Part shown: in pieces, positions 11,590-24,819 of the stretch | How the letters are laid out: each line of letters opens with the position of its first letter | Position numbering within the stretch: position 1 is the first letter of the stretch | From: Balanoglossus misakiensis | Taxonomy: Eukaryota; Animalia; Hemichordata | DNA length: 64,000 bases | Reading direction: 5' to 3' | Assembly: GCA_040954595.2 (NCBI GenBank) | Contig: CM082588.2 | Location: forward strand, 9,036,844 to 9,100,843 | Position numbers and translations under genes: made by a program | The notes under the pieces: model-generated | Databases searched by the model: none | The model's input: the letters and a program-made list of their open reading frames with translations, nothing else | What the model was told of the DNA's origin: nothing

Positions 11590-12902
11590 GCAGGTGTTTA
11601 TTAATAATTTTGTCAGGTTGGCCCTAGTGTTTTCTGTAGCAATCTGTTAAAGCAAGATTTCTTACCAAAGGATGTTGGATATGAGAGTAAAAAATCTTGC
11701 TAAAATGAATAAAAGGCAAACATCGATTATTTATTTTGGCTTTTTTTTACTCTCGTGTCTACATGTGGGATGGAAGGTGTGTGTGGTTGAACGTTGATTC
11801 ACTATGTCGACATGTAGAATAACATAAATCGTCTTGTATCAAATATAATAAATGGAAACAGGGTAGCAAGAGAGAGACTTTATCCCTTCAAGGGCACTCA
11901 AGGTATATAACTTATTGTTATAAAGCTGTTATTTTCTTGCAATCAGTGTAGTCAAGAGGTTAATGCTGATAGCAAGGCATACATGTACACACCTCTCCTA
12001 AATTCTGTTGCCATATGTCCAGTGTTTCCCATGGGTTCACAAAATTTCTTGCAAATTTGGCTAGTAATCCGTAAAATTCCATTAGCCAAACCACTGATGT
12101 AATGGTCCAAACTGCCAAATAATTAATATTCATGAGCTAATTTATCCTTTTACCTCCATTTTTCTCAGATTGATATGAAATTTGGTTTGCAGGTCACTTG
12201 GGGTGTTTTCATGATAACTTGAAAATAATGGCGAAAGTTCAATAATTGTATTTTTGGGGCCAATGTTGGCCTTTTTTGTAAAATAATCCATTTCTAAGAA
12301 ATTGCTGGGCCACTTGCTGTGTATTTTGGCTTGCAGTGTCCTTGGCAAATCCTTATACCCCGGTATCATTATGTGTTGAAATCATGGTGTTAATGTAAAT
12401 CTCAATTATGGGGGCTTTTTATTTTTGATCAAGAAACTGAATTTCTTAGTAACTATATTATACTTTAATATTTTAGTTGTAGTTTAATAGTACTGTGTGT
12501 AGGTTTTTAGAGGTTTTCGAGAAAAAACACAAAATTTTTCCTTGGGAAATTTAGCTCATGGACAATATTTTGTCACAAAACTAAATTAATTGCATTCACA
12601 TTGCAGCAATATACTTCTTTATGCAGTCTTATATGAACCACTTGGCAATGTAAACTGGTCATGTCAAATCACTACAGGAACATGCATATAGCATGACATA
12701 ACTGTCAATTAAGATAAATTGTTTTATGTTAAATTGTGCGTGTGTGTTTTATAACTGCTTAATAGCCACCTACCTTTCAGAAATTTTAGTGGACGCAAAA
12801 CTTAAAATTTACTTACTTTGGCCTATTGAGGTGTACTTCTTAAGGGTTTTCATTGGATCAAATACTAGTACTAATTGATTTTTCATTTCATTTCATGAAC
12901 AG

Positions 12903-13035
12903 ATCTAAAGAGTGGAAATGCAAGGATTGTCGAGAGGTACTGAAGAATGTTTTGAAAGAACGCAGAGTAGATTCTGAAACTTCAAAAGAAGAAAATAAAG
13001 AAGCACAAGCCTTGGCAGCACAGATTAATTTTAAG
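12903..13035 (+). CDS. UBE2J1: UBE2J1 exon
   Basis: aacag|...|gtaaag, 133 bp, (R)SKEWKCKDCREVLKNVLKERRVDSETSKEENKEAQALAAQINFK, with the CxxC and LAxQIxFK motifs of UBE2J1. Confidence 0.88.
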
Positions 13036-13049
13036 GTAAAGAAGATTCA

Positions 13050-16000
13050 TACCAGGTTCACACACGGTAAAATTTGAGACACTATTTGCCTATGAGCCTT
13101 GTGTCCACACATACAAAGTTTATGTATAGGCACTGAGGCTCGGCCCCACAGACAATGGGTTGCTGATAGGTGTTAATCTTAACAGCAGCTCAAGTCTGGC
13201 TGGCAAATAACAATTACAGTGCTTTGTATGTCCACAAATGCATTACACACATACCTACAGTTGGTTAAGGCTATCTCAGCAAGCCTTGCCAAGTTTGGGA
13301 GTGATACAGACAACTCAGAAACCAGCAGCCTAAGGGACTCTGGGAATGTCAAGACATCTCTCTTGCTATGGAGGGTTGGTAGCAGGCAAGTCCATTCCTG
13401 TCTGGTAGCATCTTCATCTACAATATTCTTGTACATGTAGTGTTCTGTCAGCACCTACAATAAAATAGAGGAAGCAAGGACATGATTAAAAAGTGATCAC
13501 ACAATATTATAAATTTCAAGAATATTTATAAAAATGTTTCCTTCACACCATCCACTTAGGAATGTTCCTGTCCATATGTGTCCAACAGCTCACAAAGTTC
13601 AATGTCTGGGATGGTACTTGGGTTCAGAAAGACTTTTGACTGGGATGGTACTTGGGTTCAGAAAAGAAAATGCTACTAAGACACCAACATCTGGAAACCT
13701 GGCTTTTATGTTCTCACTCACAGCAATGATAAATTTGCCATGTATCTGTCAGGTAAAATACAACACAAATGGATGGTTGAGGGAATGGAAAAATACAAAT
13801 TACAGACAAAAACTCAAATAAAACCAAGAGCTACATTTAGGGACTACAAATGTAGGATCTTTAAGGAGAGATTCTAAGAGACACTTACTGACCCTCTTAA
13901 ACATGTTGAGATGATCTTGTCCATTGAAAGAAATGGAGAATCCATTTTGGTTAAGGTTACCAATAAATTCTTCAGCTCCTTTAAAATGCTCACCTTGTAT
14001 CATCAGCCTTGCATCCAGAACTGCCAAGGTAGTCTGGATATGATCTCTGACACCACAAAAGTCAAGTGATGATGTCTGAAAATGAAAATGGAAATTATTT
14101 TATAGTAACCTGGCTGTAATATAACACTGAATTAAAAAAAAAAAACAGACTGAAGTTTTTTTGTTACACAAGTGACTTCTAGTTACCTGAAAGTACAAAT
14201 GTATCTTGACAGAGTGGCAAGGTGGGGCTAAATGTCACACATCATCAGTAGTGTTGTGATGAACTTCCAATTCTCCATAAACTTGGACAAACCTAACACT
14301 TTCGGGTCATTTCTCTCAGCAGCCTCTCTCTGCAGACTAACCAGGACACTGGGTAAAATCTCTCGCAGTGTGTTGCAGGCATTCTCATAAGATAACCACC
14401 TCACAGCTTTAGCTTGCTAAAGGGCTTTAAAACTGGATTTTCCATAGATACCTATAAAATAAGAGTAAAAAAGTCAGAGTTAGTGATGAATTTCTATTGT
14501 GATATATTTACTGTAAGATCATAGAAGTTCATCAAAATCAACTGACAGATACCCAATCTCAATTATCAGAACACTAGCGAACAGTTTTCAGTTGTATACA
14601 TATAGGTTAAAAAGATCATTACTGTACCTGGATTTGCTTCAGGGCACTTGCTCGCACAGGTGACTTCTCATAAAACCTAAAAAAGTACATCCAGAGTATC
14701 GTTGAATTTCTTGATGTAATCTACCCTATTCGCAGCTTGTGCAACAGCAAGCACTAATCTGTGAGCGATACAGTGATGTGACAGCAGTATATCAGACACC
14801 TGCAAATAAAATAGAACACACAAATTAATTATTACTATTATTATTGTCACGATATAAAGACACCAACTAAAAACTTACAAAATCACAAAGTCTTCACAAC
14901 TCAAAATTTCACTCACTTCTTTTAGTTTGGTAGCCACCCCTCCTTTCTGTCCTAGCATAACAGGAGCACCATCACTGCCCAAAGCAGACAGACGATCTCT
15001 TAAGACAATACCATTCTCTGAAGAAAACTCTTTCACTGACTGTGCAATGGTGTCTGCTCTGCCATCACCAACCTGAAAAAGTGAAAATAAAACCTTGATG
15101 TTAACACATGCAATGTACAACTCAATGTTTGTCTCACCTGGAATAACTAGTCAGCAAAATCAATTAAATGAGGTCACTCAAAAACATGTTTAATCGTATG
15201 TTTATAATTCAGTGTAGACTTTAAAATTGAAAAACTTTCCACTTACTTCTTTAACTCCAAGGAAAGACACAACTGACTTCCCAGACTTCAAGATGTACTT
15301 GGAATAGATGATTAATTGCTTCAATACAGCCACATCAGTTGTTTTCATCTATTAACAGTGAATAGAAGTTACTTCCCTTCATCTTCTCTAAAATCTCATC
15401 ACGGATGACTTTGCCTGAAAAATGAAATAAATGAAAATTACTCTTCAGATTAAACTTATCAAAATTCACAGTAATTTGTACAGTAATTATTATTTATTGA
15501 GTGTAACACTATTGCTTAAACAGTGATCCTTTCTTGAAAACAACCAGGTTTAAATAAATATTACTACATTGCCTACAATTTAGATCTGTACAAAAATCAG
15601 TAGACCTACTTACCAATGCAATAAACCATTTCTTGAATGGATCTCTCAGAAGTATAATTAATAGCTGTGGTCATCACTGCTGAGAGTACCAAGGAATGAA
15701 CACCCGAGGGACTTTGCCAATTCCAAAACATGGATGAAGTTGGTGGTGTGCGGCAATTCTCTGTGCATGAGAAAATACATGCATCGTAGGACGCCGATGA
15801 AGGCTTGTGTCTCAACGGTGATGACCTTTTCAAATGCAGCCACAAGACCGCTGTTGTTCTCGGTAATTGTTGCCTCGGCGTCAAGCTGCATTGCCGTCCA
15901 GTGGATCATCGTATCTTCATGCTGCTTGTGTTTGTCTTCGCGAAGGGTGGTACATGTACATGGAGATGTTGTAACCCAAGTCCCTCCGCACTTGGCCTTC

Positions 16001-16277
16001 TGCTTGTGTTCTGTACAAAGGCGACAAAACATCCCTAAACTGAATAAATATCATTCTCTCAAACGTCAGCCGCATGCGGGAGCGTGCACCAGAAACAATA
16101 AATATTTACCAAGGCGGGAATGAAAAGAAAGCAGGGCGGCGAGTAAGCTAGCAGGGTGGCAAAAAATAAAGGAGGGCGGGTCTGCCTAGCTAAATCCCCC
16201 CCCCCCCCAAAGTATTAACGCTCTGTGTTTACCATAGACTAATAGTGTCTCAAATTTTACCCTGTGTGAACCTGGTA
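13050..16277. repeat. 37-bp inverted repeat pair enclosing the second hAT remnant
   Basis: TACCAGGTTCACACACGGTAAAATTTGAGACACTATT (13050-13086) vs 16241-16277, one mismatch, TA at the outer ends. Confidence 0.75.
13255..16034 (-). pseudogene. Second, diverged intron-containing hAT transposase remnant (exons 2-9)
   Basis: MFCRLC..., RELPHTTNF, GSDGAPVMLGQKGGVATKLKE, HCIAHRLVL, VRWLS, LPNLARLAEIALT. Same intron positions as the 6171-10181 copy, with frameshifts and stops; first and last exons are absent. Confidence 0.85.
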
Positions 16278-17701
16278 AGAGACGTGTCTCAAATCTGAGA
16301 AGATTCAGGACCACTTAAACCATTCACCAATAATAATTTATGCCAGTATTTGATCTGAGACGTTTCAGCACTGTTGTAACGGTCCTTGTGTGACCCCCAA
16401 ATCAGTTGAAGCTGACAAATCCAGTATTTGGATTATTTACATGGATTTTGTATACAGTGTGAATTGTAATTAAAGCTCCATTACCTTTAACTTTTTCCTA
16501 TGTTTTCAGTATCTTTGTTTAGCAGTTTCTTGTGCAAATTCCTGAAACATGATGAAACATATAATGTGTACATGTATAGTCAGAATTGTTATTGTGCCAA
16601 ATTAGAATTTAAGTCCAGACTAGAATCCATGAATTTTTGTCAACAATGACAATTGCCATTATACACATACATTCTGTGCTGACAAGTAACAATCTGTATG
16701 GAGTAGAACATGAAATCGCATTTGCTACATAGAACAAAAATACTGGAAATAAAGCCAAAAGATACAACGACTGTCTATTTAACTTTAACTGCATTCTCAT
16801 TCTCATCTGTATATATTTTACTGAGATTGTTTCATCAGGGTTTATCAGTATTCTAAACCAGCGTATGTGTGCATACAATCTGATTAAAATCAGATGTAGG
16901 CTACGGCGACGTCTTTTACTTTGCAGTACGGTATTCTTACACTGTCGCCTCACACCACATCTGACCAACTCCCATAGAAGCTCCCGTTGAAAACTCTGGC
17001 TTAACTGGGCCAGTAAACCAATCAGACAGTGCCTTATAGAGAACGATAGGTATCCTTCAGTTTTGATTGACATAACGTGCAATCTGATTGGCCTGGCCGC
17101 AACGGGAGGTTGAACAAGCTTCTATATCTGATTCAAATAATACTGAAAGGGTCAAGAATGGCACACACTACATGTACATGTATGAGCTCATGGAATGTGT
17201 TTCTTCCCATAGGATGACATTAAGAATTGATAGAAAACCCTTTTCTACTATTGTCATTTTTATGAAGTTTCACTCATAACTCATCCAAATTAAATTAAAT
17301 TCAGAGATTGATATAAGTTGTAGGCTCACTACTGTGCTCTGTCTTGAGATACACTTAAATGTGTCCATGTCTATAGAAAAATAACATAAAATAACCTATG
17401 GTGAAAAAATGTTGACTTTCATTCAGGCTGCATTAGTGGAAAAAAATCATACTTTGTCTGGCATAGAAACTCAGAATCTACAAAAAAGGCCTTTAAAACA
17501 TGAATGGAAATGAAAATATGGCTACAATAAGAAATTCTTACCTTGAATAAAGTAGTATTGGTACCACCACCTCCATAAAGAAACCACTGTGCTGGTGTAT
17601 TGAGTTGTCAATCTGGGTTTGCCCGTTGGCCTTGCTTTGAGTTCCAATTCATGATGATGGTGTATTAGGGCACTGGACTTGAAACAGGTGTATGCTGTTA
17701 A

Positions 17702-18103
17702 GGATGTACGTTGAAAGTATTGTAATTCTTTTAATTGTTAATTTATGAATTATCCTGTGTATGCATAATGAGAATCCGTTAAAAAATATAGGGGTCACCG
17801 CGCCTGTTTTTGAAATACAGAGCCATAAATTTAGTCGATAATAAAAGAAAACTGCTGATTCAGCAATTTTCACCAATGGTTTGTCTATGGGCGAAAATTT
17901 TAACACAATTTATCTCATAATAGAGCACGGTGACTACACAATTTTATTGCACCAATGAATTTATGTTTACTTGACTGAGCTATGTGTTAAATTTCGTGAA
18001 AATGACAATAGTAGAAGTTTGTTTTCTAGCAATTATCAATGTAATCTTATGGGAAAAAGACACACGTACACTGGTTATCAGTTTATGTTGTGCGCTTACA
18101 TTC
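17702..18103. mobile_element. Degenerate TTAA-flanked MITE (Kolobok-like)
   Basis: TTAA|GGATGTACG ... CTTACATTC|TTAA, short imperfect TIRs. Confidence 0.4.
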
Positions 18104-18166
18104 TTAAATGGTATTTGCCACTCATGGTTTCCAGAATTGTGATTCTGTCCTTTTTATCCTCCACAG

Positions 18167-18742
18167 GAAGAGACAAAGAAAAGCGCAGCAACCTCTGCTG
18201 ATACTGCCACAACAAGCACAAGCACAAACACACCCCAGCCTGTAGCTTCTGCGAACCAACAACCCACACCCTATCCAGCCGCAGCATACCAGCAACACTT
18301 CCAGCAGATGTCATACCCGAACCCATTCGTGTCTCAGTACGCTGCGTTTGCAGGAGCCGGACAGCCGCCACAACACAGAGATGCGGCATCGAACAACGAC
18401 AACACCGTTCAACCGCCAGCCGATGCAACACCCCAGGCAGATGTCAACACTCCCCTAGCACCAGAACCTGCAACTGCCAACACTGAAAACACTTCCCAGA
18501 GAAATGCCAATGACAATGCTACCACAGAGACAAACATAAGACAAAGAAATGTCAGCCAGCAAGGGTATGAGCAACCCAGAAGAAGAAACGACACACAATC
18601 AAATCAAAATAATCGCCAGATACATCAGCAAGAAAATAGCAATTCTTTCGTGTTGATCGTGCTGTTAAGTCTAGCCTTAGCAGCTCTTATGTTGAGACGA
18701 TTATTCATCACATACGAGTTTAAATTTGATTATAATATGTAG
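18167..18742 (+). CDS. UBE2J1: UBE2J1 last coding exon: low-complexity linker plus C-terminal ER membrane anchor
   Basis: ccacag| phase 0, in frame with ORF 18308-18742. Ends SFVLIVLLSLALAALMLRRLFITYEFKFDYNM*, a tail anchor like the UBE2J1 ..LALAALIFRR motif. Confidence 0.9.
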   Translation, partial: EETKKSAATSADTATTSTSTNTPQPVASANQQPTPYPAAAYQQHFQQMSYPNPFVSQYAAFAGAGQPPQHRDAASNNDNTVQPPADATPQADVNTPLAPEPATANTENTSQRNANDNATTETNIRQRNVSQQGYEQPRRRNDTQSNQNNRQIHQQENSNSFVLIVLLSLALAALMLRRLFITYEFKFDYNM

Positions 18743-19810
18743 TTTATGAAAATATTTACTTTATTCACAACTGGTGACAGGTCAAATGTATTATTTTCCT
18801 TTGAGTTTTCATACACATCTGGAATGTTGTCTATATCTTAACAAAAACTATTCTTGAAAAGTCCTGGGGAAAAATCAAGCCAGCCATTATTTATTGTATT
18901 GAAATAGATGGGGGGAGGCACAATAAAAAAATGGCATATGTTTAGCCCATAGATTTCTGGAAACCACTGGTGAACTTGCTGATAGTATTGAGCAATCTGA
19001 ATGATATGTACATAGTGGGTATTTGGTTGTAGATACAAGACAATTTTCATCGAAGAGGTTTTAAATCCGTAACCAAATATAAGCGCACACCATTTATAAT
19101 GTCATTATATATAATATGATTTTGTGTGATAAAAAATCTGATGTTGGATTTTAAGTATTACATGCCAGAAAGGCCTCATTGCTCATGTAAAATGCCACTT
19201 GTACAAACATGTTGTAGAATTTCTTAAGTAGAGCGCCTTGATGCCCATGACCAATCCAAGTTTATAAACTGTTCTCTATTCAGGTGCATTCTCTTCTGTG
19301 TATTTTATTTCAGTTATTTACTGTTCAGAGTTTAGGTCTTCTAGTTGAGAATGTCAACCCTTGCTCCAACCAATTACAGAGCTGCAATCAAACCATGTAT
19401 ATTATAAATTTATGATCTATGTTATACTGGTATAGGACATCTTGTCTTTCACCATGTTCACAATGAGAAACGTTTCAGAGATGCTTTTTGCCATTTGTAT
19501 ACAGAGGGGATTAATCCTTTGAGTCGCTTCATGTCCGCACACACAAAGTATAGACTGGTCCCATAGACAATGTTTTGCTGAGAGGTGTTAAACCTTACAC
19601 TGGCTCGGGTCTGGCTGGCAAAACCGTCTCAAATCTGAAACGTTCCAGGAAGACTTAAACTGTTCACAAAGTATATTTTATGTCAATGATTGAGTTGAGA
19701 TGTTTCAGAAACCTTTCAATGGTCCCTTAGTGAATGCCTTATTTTTAGTTTCTTTGTGTTGTATCTACAAATACGTAAAAGTTTCAGCTTTTGCGATCAG
19801 TCAGAGCATA

Positions 19811-19992
19811 CAGTGAAACCTGTCATTATGGACACCTCCCTAATCAGGACACCTCTCTATTAAGAACATTTTTTTCATGACAAAAGTCACAGTTTGAATA
19901 GAATACAACCTGTCTATTAAGGACACCTCCCTATTAAGGACACATTTTCCAGTCCCAGAGCTAGAGGTTTCCTTAATAGACAGGTTTCACTG
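19811..19992. mobile_element. Tc1/mariner-type MITE in the probable 3' UTR
   Basis: TA|CAGTGAAACCTGTC ... GACAGGTTTCACTG|TA, with GGACACCTC internal repeats. Confidence 0.85.
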
Positions 19993-20380
19993 TATTATCA
20001 AGCAGTCTGTTTGTCTATCGGTTGCTATGTGTGTGTGTGTGTGTGTGTGTGTATGTCATCTCCACAAAAAAATCTGTAGAACTGCATGTACTTCATGAAT
20101 CACAATATACACACAGTGACTGGCTATGAGGGTAACATGTGGATGACATGATGGTGTTATAATGGTAAAGTGCAAATGTAAAACCTGGACTACAGGCAGG
20201 ATCTTTGAAAGGAAGGTAAATGTTGATGCAAAGAATGTTTGAGTCAGCCTATGCACATGAAATCAAACATACAGAAAATTTACAAATCTAAAAGTGACAT
20301 TTTCATATGGAATTGTGTACTTTTGAAAATCATTTCAAAATCATGTTATAGACTTGTTGAAAGACTGTTGACTACATCTG

Positions 20381-20386
20381 AATAAA
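20381..20386 (+). terminator. Candidate polyadenylation signal of UBE2J1
   Basis: AATAAA followed ~35 nt later by a GT/T-rich stretch. An earlier AATAAA at ~18922 is an alternative. Confidence 0.35.
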
Positions 20387-21045
20387 AAGAAACCTGAAAT
20401 TCAAGCAATAACCAGTATGTTACTTCTCTGTTGTTGGCTACTTGTACATAATCATCATGACATGATCAATAGGTCATTTTCATGATCCCAACGTGACTTC
20501 TTGACTTGCATATTCATTGGTTTGAATCCTCTATTTTGATTTAAAACTCTGTATTAAAGTGCCAATCATATCCGCTGAATTGAATTCCCGTTTTGATCTA
20601 TTTTTGGAAAAAGTTTTCACCATGTATAGCTCGCGCTATTTTTACAAAACAGGGAAAAATTGGCAGAATTTCCAATATTGTGTTTACTGTTTTATGAATC
20701 ATGGGGAAAAAGCGCCGGGCTTATAACTTCTGCCCAACATTATTTGGGCGATACCATTTTGTGGTAGGTGTCACTGCATGCCAGTATGGCAAACATGCAC
20801 TGACTGGCCTTCTGATTTGTACTGGGTTCTCACTCGTTGCAAGAGTGTTACAAAAATTGAACGGTTTTGGCCGGTAAACACTAAAACTCTTAAATCCATC
20901 CTGCGTCCAAACGCAGTCGAGTCGGTTTGGTCATTGTTTATGCAACAGTAAAGGCCAAATGTGACATAAGCGTCATATTACATAACATAGAATACACAAA
21001 CAAACAAACAGACAAATAAACAAACAAGCAAACAAACAATCATTA

Positions 21046-21300
21046 GGGACTGTTCAGAATTTACTTTCAGGGTGGGGCTGGAAATTTTTTTATAAAATAC
21101 CTGGTGATATTTTCCATGCTTCCCCCTAGTAAATTGTGGAGGAAATCTATGCCCCCCCTTAAATTTCCTGTTTTTTTCCATGGTCCCCCTTAGAGGATTG
21201 TGATTTTTATGCCTGGTCCCCCCTTATTTTTCTTGGAGAAAACGGGTGGTCACCCCTCTGAAAATCCCCCGCCCCCTGGAAGTAAATTCTGAACAGTCCC
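21046..21300. mobile_element. PIF/Harbinger-like MITE
   Basis: TIRs GGGACTGTTCAGAATTTACTT / AAGTAAATTCTGAACAGTCCC, left flank TTA. Confidence 0.75.
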
Positions 21301-21412
21301 TTTAATATTAAAGCCAACAGCTAGCACCCCGACTTCTCTGCCAGAGGAGCGACAACATCAACAAAATGCAGAAACACAAGCAATAAGCAGCATATTCCAC
21401 AAGTGAAGAACC

Positions 21413-21612
21413 CGCGGTGGTGTCACTCTAACATAGCTTGGGCATCCATGCTCGTTCCACAAAATTTCAAGATACCCCTAATGTGGGATTTTTCATCAAC
21501 CCCCTCCTCTAATTTGAGAAATATGGGAGAAGATAGGACCAAAAACACCCCCTTAATTACAAAATCCAGGAGAGGCAGACCCCCCCCCCCCCGAGAGTGA
21601 GACGCCACCGGG
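21413..21612. mobile_element. hAT-like MITE
   Basis: 8-bp TSD GAAGAACC (21405-21412, 21613-21620), imperfect TIRs CGCGGTGGTGTC / GACGCCACCGGG. Confidence 0.65.
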
Positions 21613-24161
21613 GAAGAACCCCAGTTACAGACGAAACGAACGAACAAACAAACTACCAACAACAAAGCAAGAAAAGTGTCAAACTTTCGTCAGAGAAAAC
21701 GAAAACGTTCCAGCATGGTTGGTAAAAGTTATTGGTACAAAACGAATAGGGCCTTCTACAAATGACGTCTCAGACCCGCAAACGCCACCAGAACACAAAC
21801 TCATGTACAGAACAGTTTACGCCGGTTGTTGTATGGAGCAGCAATAATCTGCTGTTGGGTCATCGTAGATTTTCGCTGGTGGTGAAAATAAATAAAAACA
21901 CGATCGATGTTCGATTTATTCCAGATCACATGCGCTTACGGCCAGAAGAGAGCATAAAAGTCTTCAAATGACCATGTGATGGCGCACTTTTTCCGATTGG
22001 CTTTATTTCAATTTGTTCGTGGTAAATTAATTTTGTGGAGGTGACCGGCACTGAAGCTCTTAGCTAGGATGAGGTGGGATGGAAAAATGCCCCATTTTAG
22101 CTGTTTTAAAATATACGACTATTTATAGACAAAAGGAAAATAAAACAAGCGCAAAAACATACCAAACCTAGTTTTATTAATTAAAAACAAAATTGCTGAG
22201 TAAAGGTTTTCATGTGGGCATTCACTTTGAACTTGCTAAATTAATTTAAAGAGACATAGTCGCTCTCTCTTTGTCCTTTTGCGATGATGGAATGCTTGCT
22301 TAAAGTCTCTCGTGCAATAAATGATGTCGATTCATACATGTATGGATGGTGTATAGGTGGTCGGAATTTACATGTCTTTGCCACGACCAAACCAACAACA
22401 CGTAAAATCAAACTTTGGGTCATGAAATCGAGTTTTGTTACAGTCTAGAATTTCATGCCACCCCTTATGGTCATATTATTCTTGGAAGGCAAAAGTGACA
22501 AGTAGTCAAGTTTCAACACAGGCAACATTTTTTACAAACAAACCACAAAGAAGACATCAAAAGGGAGAGAATTATAGAATGGTCAATGTGTGAAAAGTTA
22601 AGATACGTAAAGTGGGTTCAACATAACATTAACTCATCGACTTCATATCGTCTTCATGCCATGGTTTTTGCCTGTCCTGAAAGTTCTTGTCGTTGCAGAA
22701 GTGGTTTTGACAGAAAGAATTTAGTCTTCCGGGATGTTTGTGATTATTTGAACACCAGACAATACAATGCAACCTTGACTTCCAAAATACTTACCGGCAT
22801 TGCATTATCTTACCATGGTTAGGCCTACAGTGAACAAATTTTCAACAATATTTTCTGAGTTACCGCTGATATTTGTTTTGTAGTATGGATATTAAATTAT
22901 ACATCCCGATACAAAACAGAATGTTATAGAATCCTTCCTGAGTGATATTGAAAAAATTACCGGAATGCTATAGCCTAATCTATGGTTAGGGTTATTGCTA
23001 TTATTTTATATCAGTAATCGATTTTGTGGTATATCAATGTCATTTTCATAACGAAAATGAACTCGAGTCTAATGTAAACGTTACGAATTGATCGAAAGGC
23101 GCTCTGATGAATGTTAACACGAGTGCGCAATGACAAGACATGCATCGTGCATGACAGTGACAACAGTTCCTATAGAGCAGTTAAAAAATAAACCGGCCGT
23201 CCGTAAATTTATCAGCTATATTTTTTTATTTATTTAGTCACGTTTTCCCTGTTGCATGCTATTAGTTCAGGGGCCAGTTTTAGCAGTGCTCTATTGAGTA
23301 CTTTCTTGTCGATTGATTGAGCTCTCGTCCAATCAGAATGGCGGATGGTAGCATGATCCGACATATTGCGTATTACAATAGGGCTTCCTCATACAGGTCA
23401 GAACGGAGAGGTCATTCCTTTTATTTTAGGACGTCTCAGCTCCTTTGTCTTTTCTGTTAATTTTGACAAATGCGGATTGACGTTCCATTTCCAATTGGCG
23501 ATATTTATATTTACTTGTATTTCATAGCATAAGCGCTTGCTAGTCGTTTTTTCGCAATTTTTTTGTAGTACTAAAACACTGAAGAAAACGAAATATTTTA
23601 TTCATTCGCACTTCCAAAGAACGCCGTGACAGAATTCATCAATTTGCATTTCAGTTTGTGTGTCTTGTGTGTCTGCATTGACGTGAGGCGCATTCTCCAC
23701 CTGCACACATACGTTGCACTGCATTCTTTGACTAATTAGTGTGATGTCATATTGAAGCAGGATTCTGATTGAGTAGTAAGTAATTTGCATAATTGACGCA
23801 CAGCTGGTGCCTCGTTCTCGTACCGCTGACCGTTGCATTTGAAAAATCATTGCAGCTTTGACGTTCATCAAGCATGGAGGTCCCGGTCGCCTCCATGCTT
23901 GATGATGTCGTTTCTCTGGTAAGCATGGCATTTACTGTAATTTTACAAGTACATGTACACTCCTTCTAGCAAAAACTGGTCGTGGTAGGGCGAGAGTGTC
24001 CTCCCAACATCGAAATTCTGACTTTGGGAAGCGTTACAGCGTCGAACAGTAAACTCACTGTCGCATGGAATTTATGCGTTGTTTGACACCGTGCGAGTAA
24101 ATTGTACGTGGTTCGTGGCCTCGAGTCAGCTTTGTTGTTGTGGGGCAGGTGGTACCGTTGC

Positions 24162-24611
24162 ACCACAGGGGGCTCTCCCTCCGCGATTTTATTGTTTGTT
24201 TGTTTGTTTGTTTGTTTGTTGTTGTTGTTGTTGTTGATTGGCATAATAAACAAATAAATATTTCTTTATTAATAAATATGGTTTGTTGACATGTAAGGGT
24301 TAGGTTATTAGGGTATATTCGACAGGTTATGGTATATTCAACGGTTAGGATTAGTGTTGGCATTTTTTCGATCCACGGTCGGTATCACCCTCTCTTTGTG
24401 GCTTAGTGATGCCCGGGGCCGTGGATCGAAAAAAATGCCAACACTAATCCTAACCGTTGAATATACTTTAACCTGCCGAATATGCCCTAACACTTACATG
24501 TCAACAAACCATATTTATTAATAAAGAAATATGTATTTGTTTATTATGCCAATCAACAACAACAAACAAACAAACAAACAATAAAATCGCGGAGGGAGAG
24601 CCCCCTGTGGT
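24162..24611. repeat. ~450-bp fold-back palindrome
   Basis: Arms of ~200 bp from ACCACAGGGGGCTCTCCCTCCGCG to CGCGGAGGGAGAGCCCCCTGTGGT, including mirrored (TTTG)n/(CAAA)n, with a short central loop at ~24390-24405. Confidence 0.9.
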
Positions 24612-24819
24612 AACACACTACAGTATAGGCCCTAACTTTTAAGGCAAAGCGATAGCGAATAAACTGACCAGAATTAGTTTTGTTGTTGGGGAGATTTTTG
24701 GCACCATTGAGACTGTTATAAGCTACCAGTGTGAGCTATGACATAGCCGTTAACACGCAGCCCTGCCACGCAGAGCGTCTATGACTGGTTATTAACTTCT
24801 ATGTCTATTTGATTCACAG

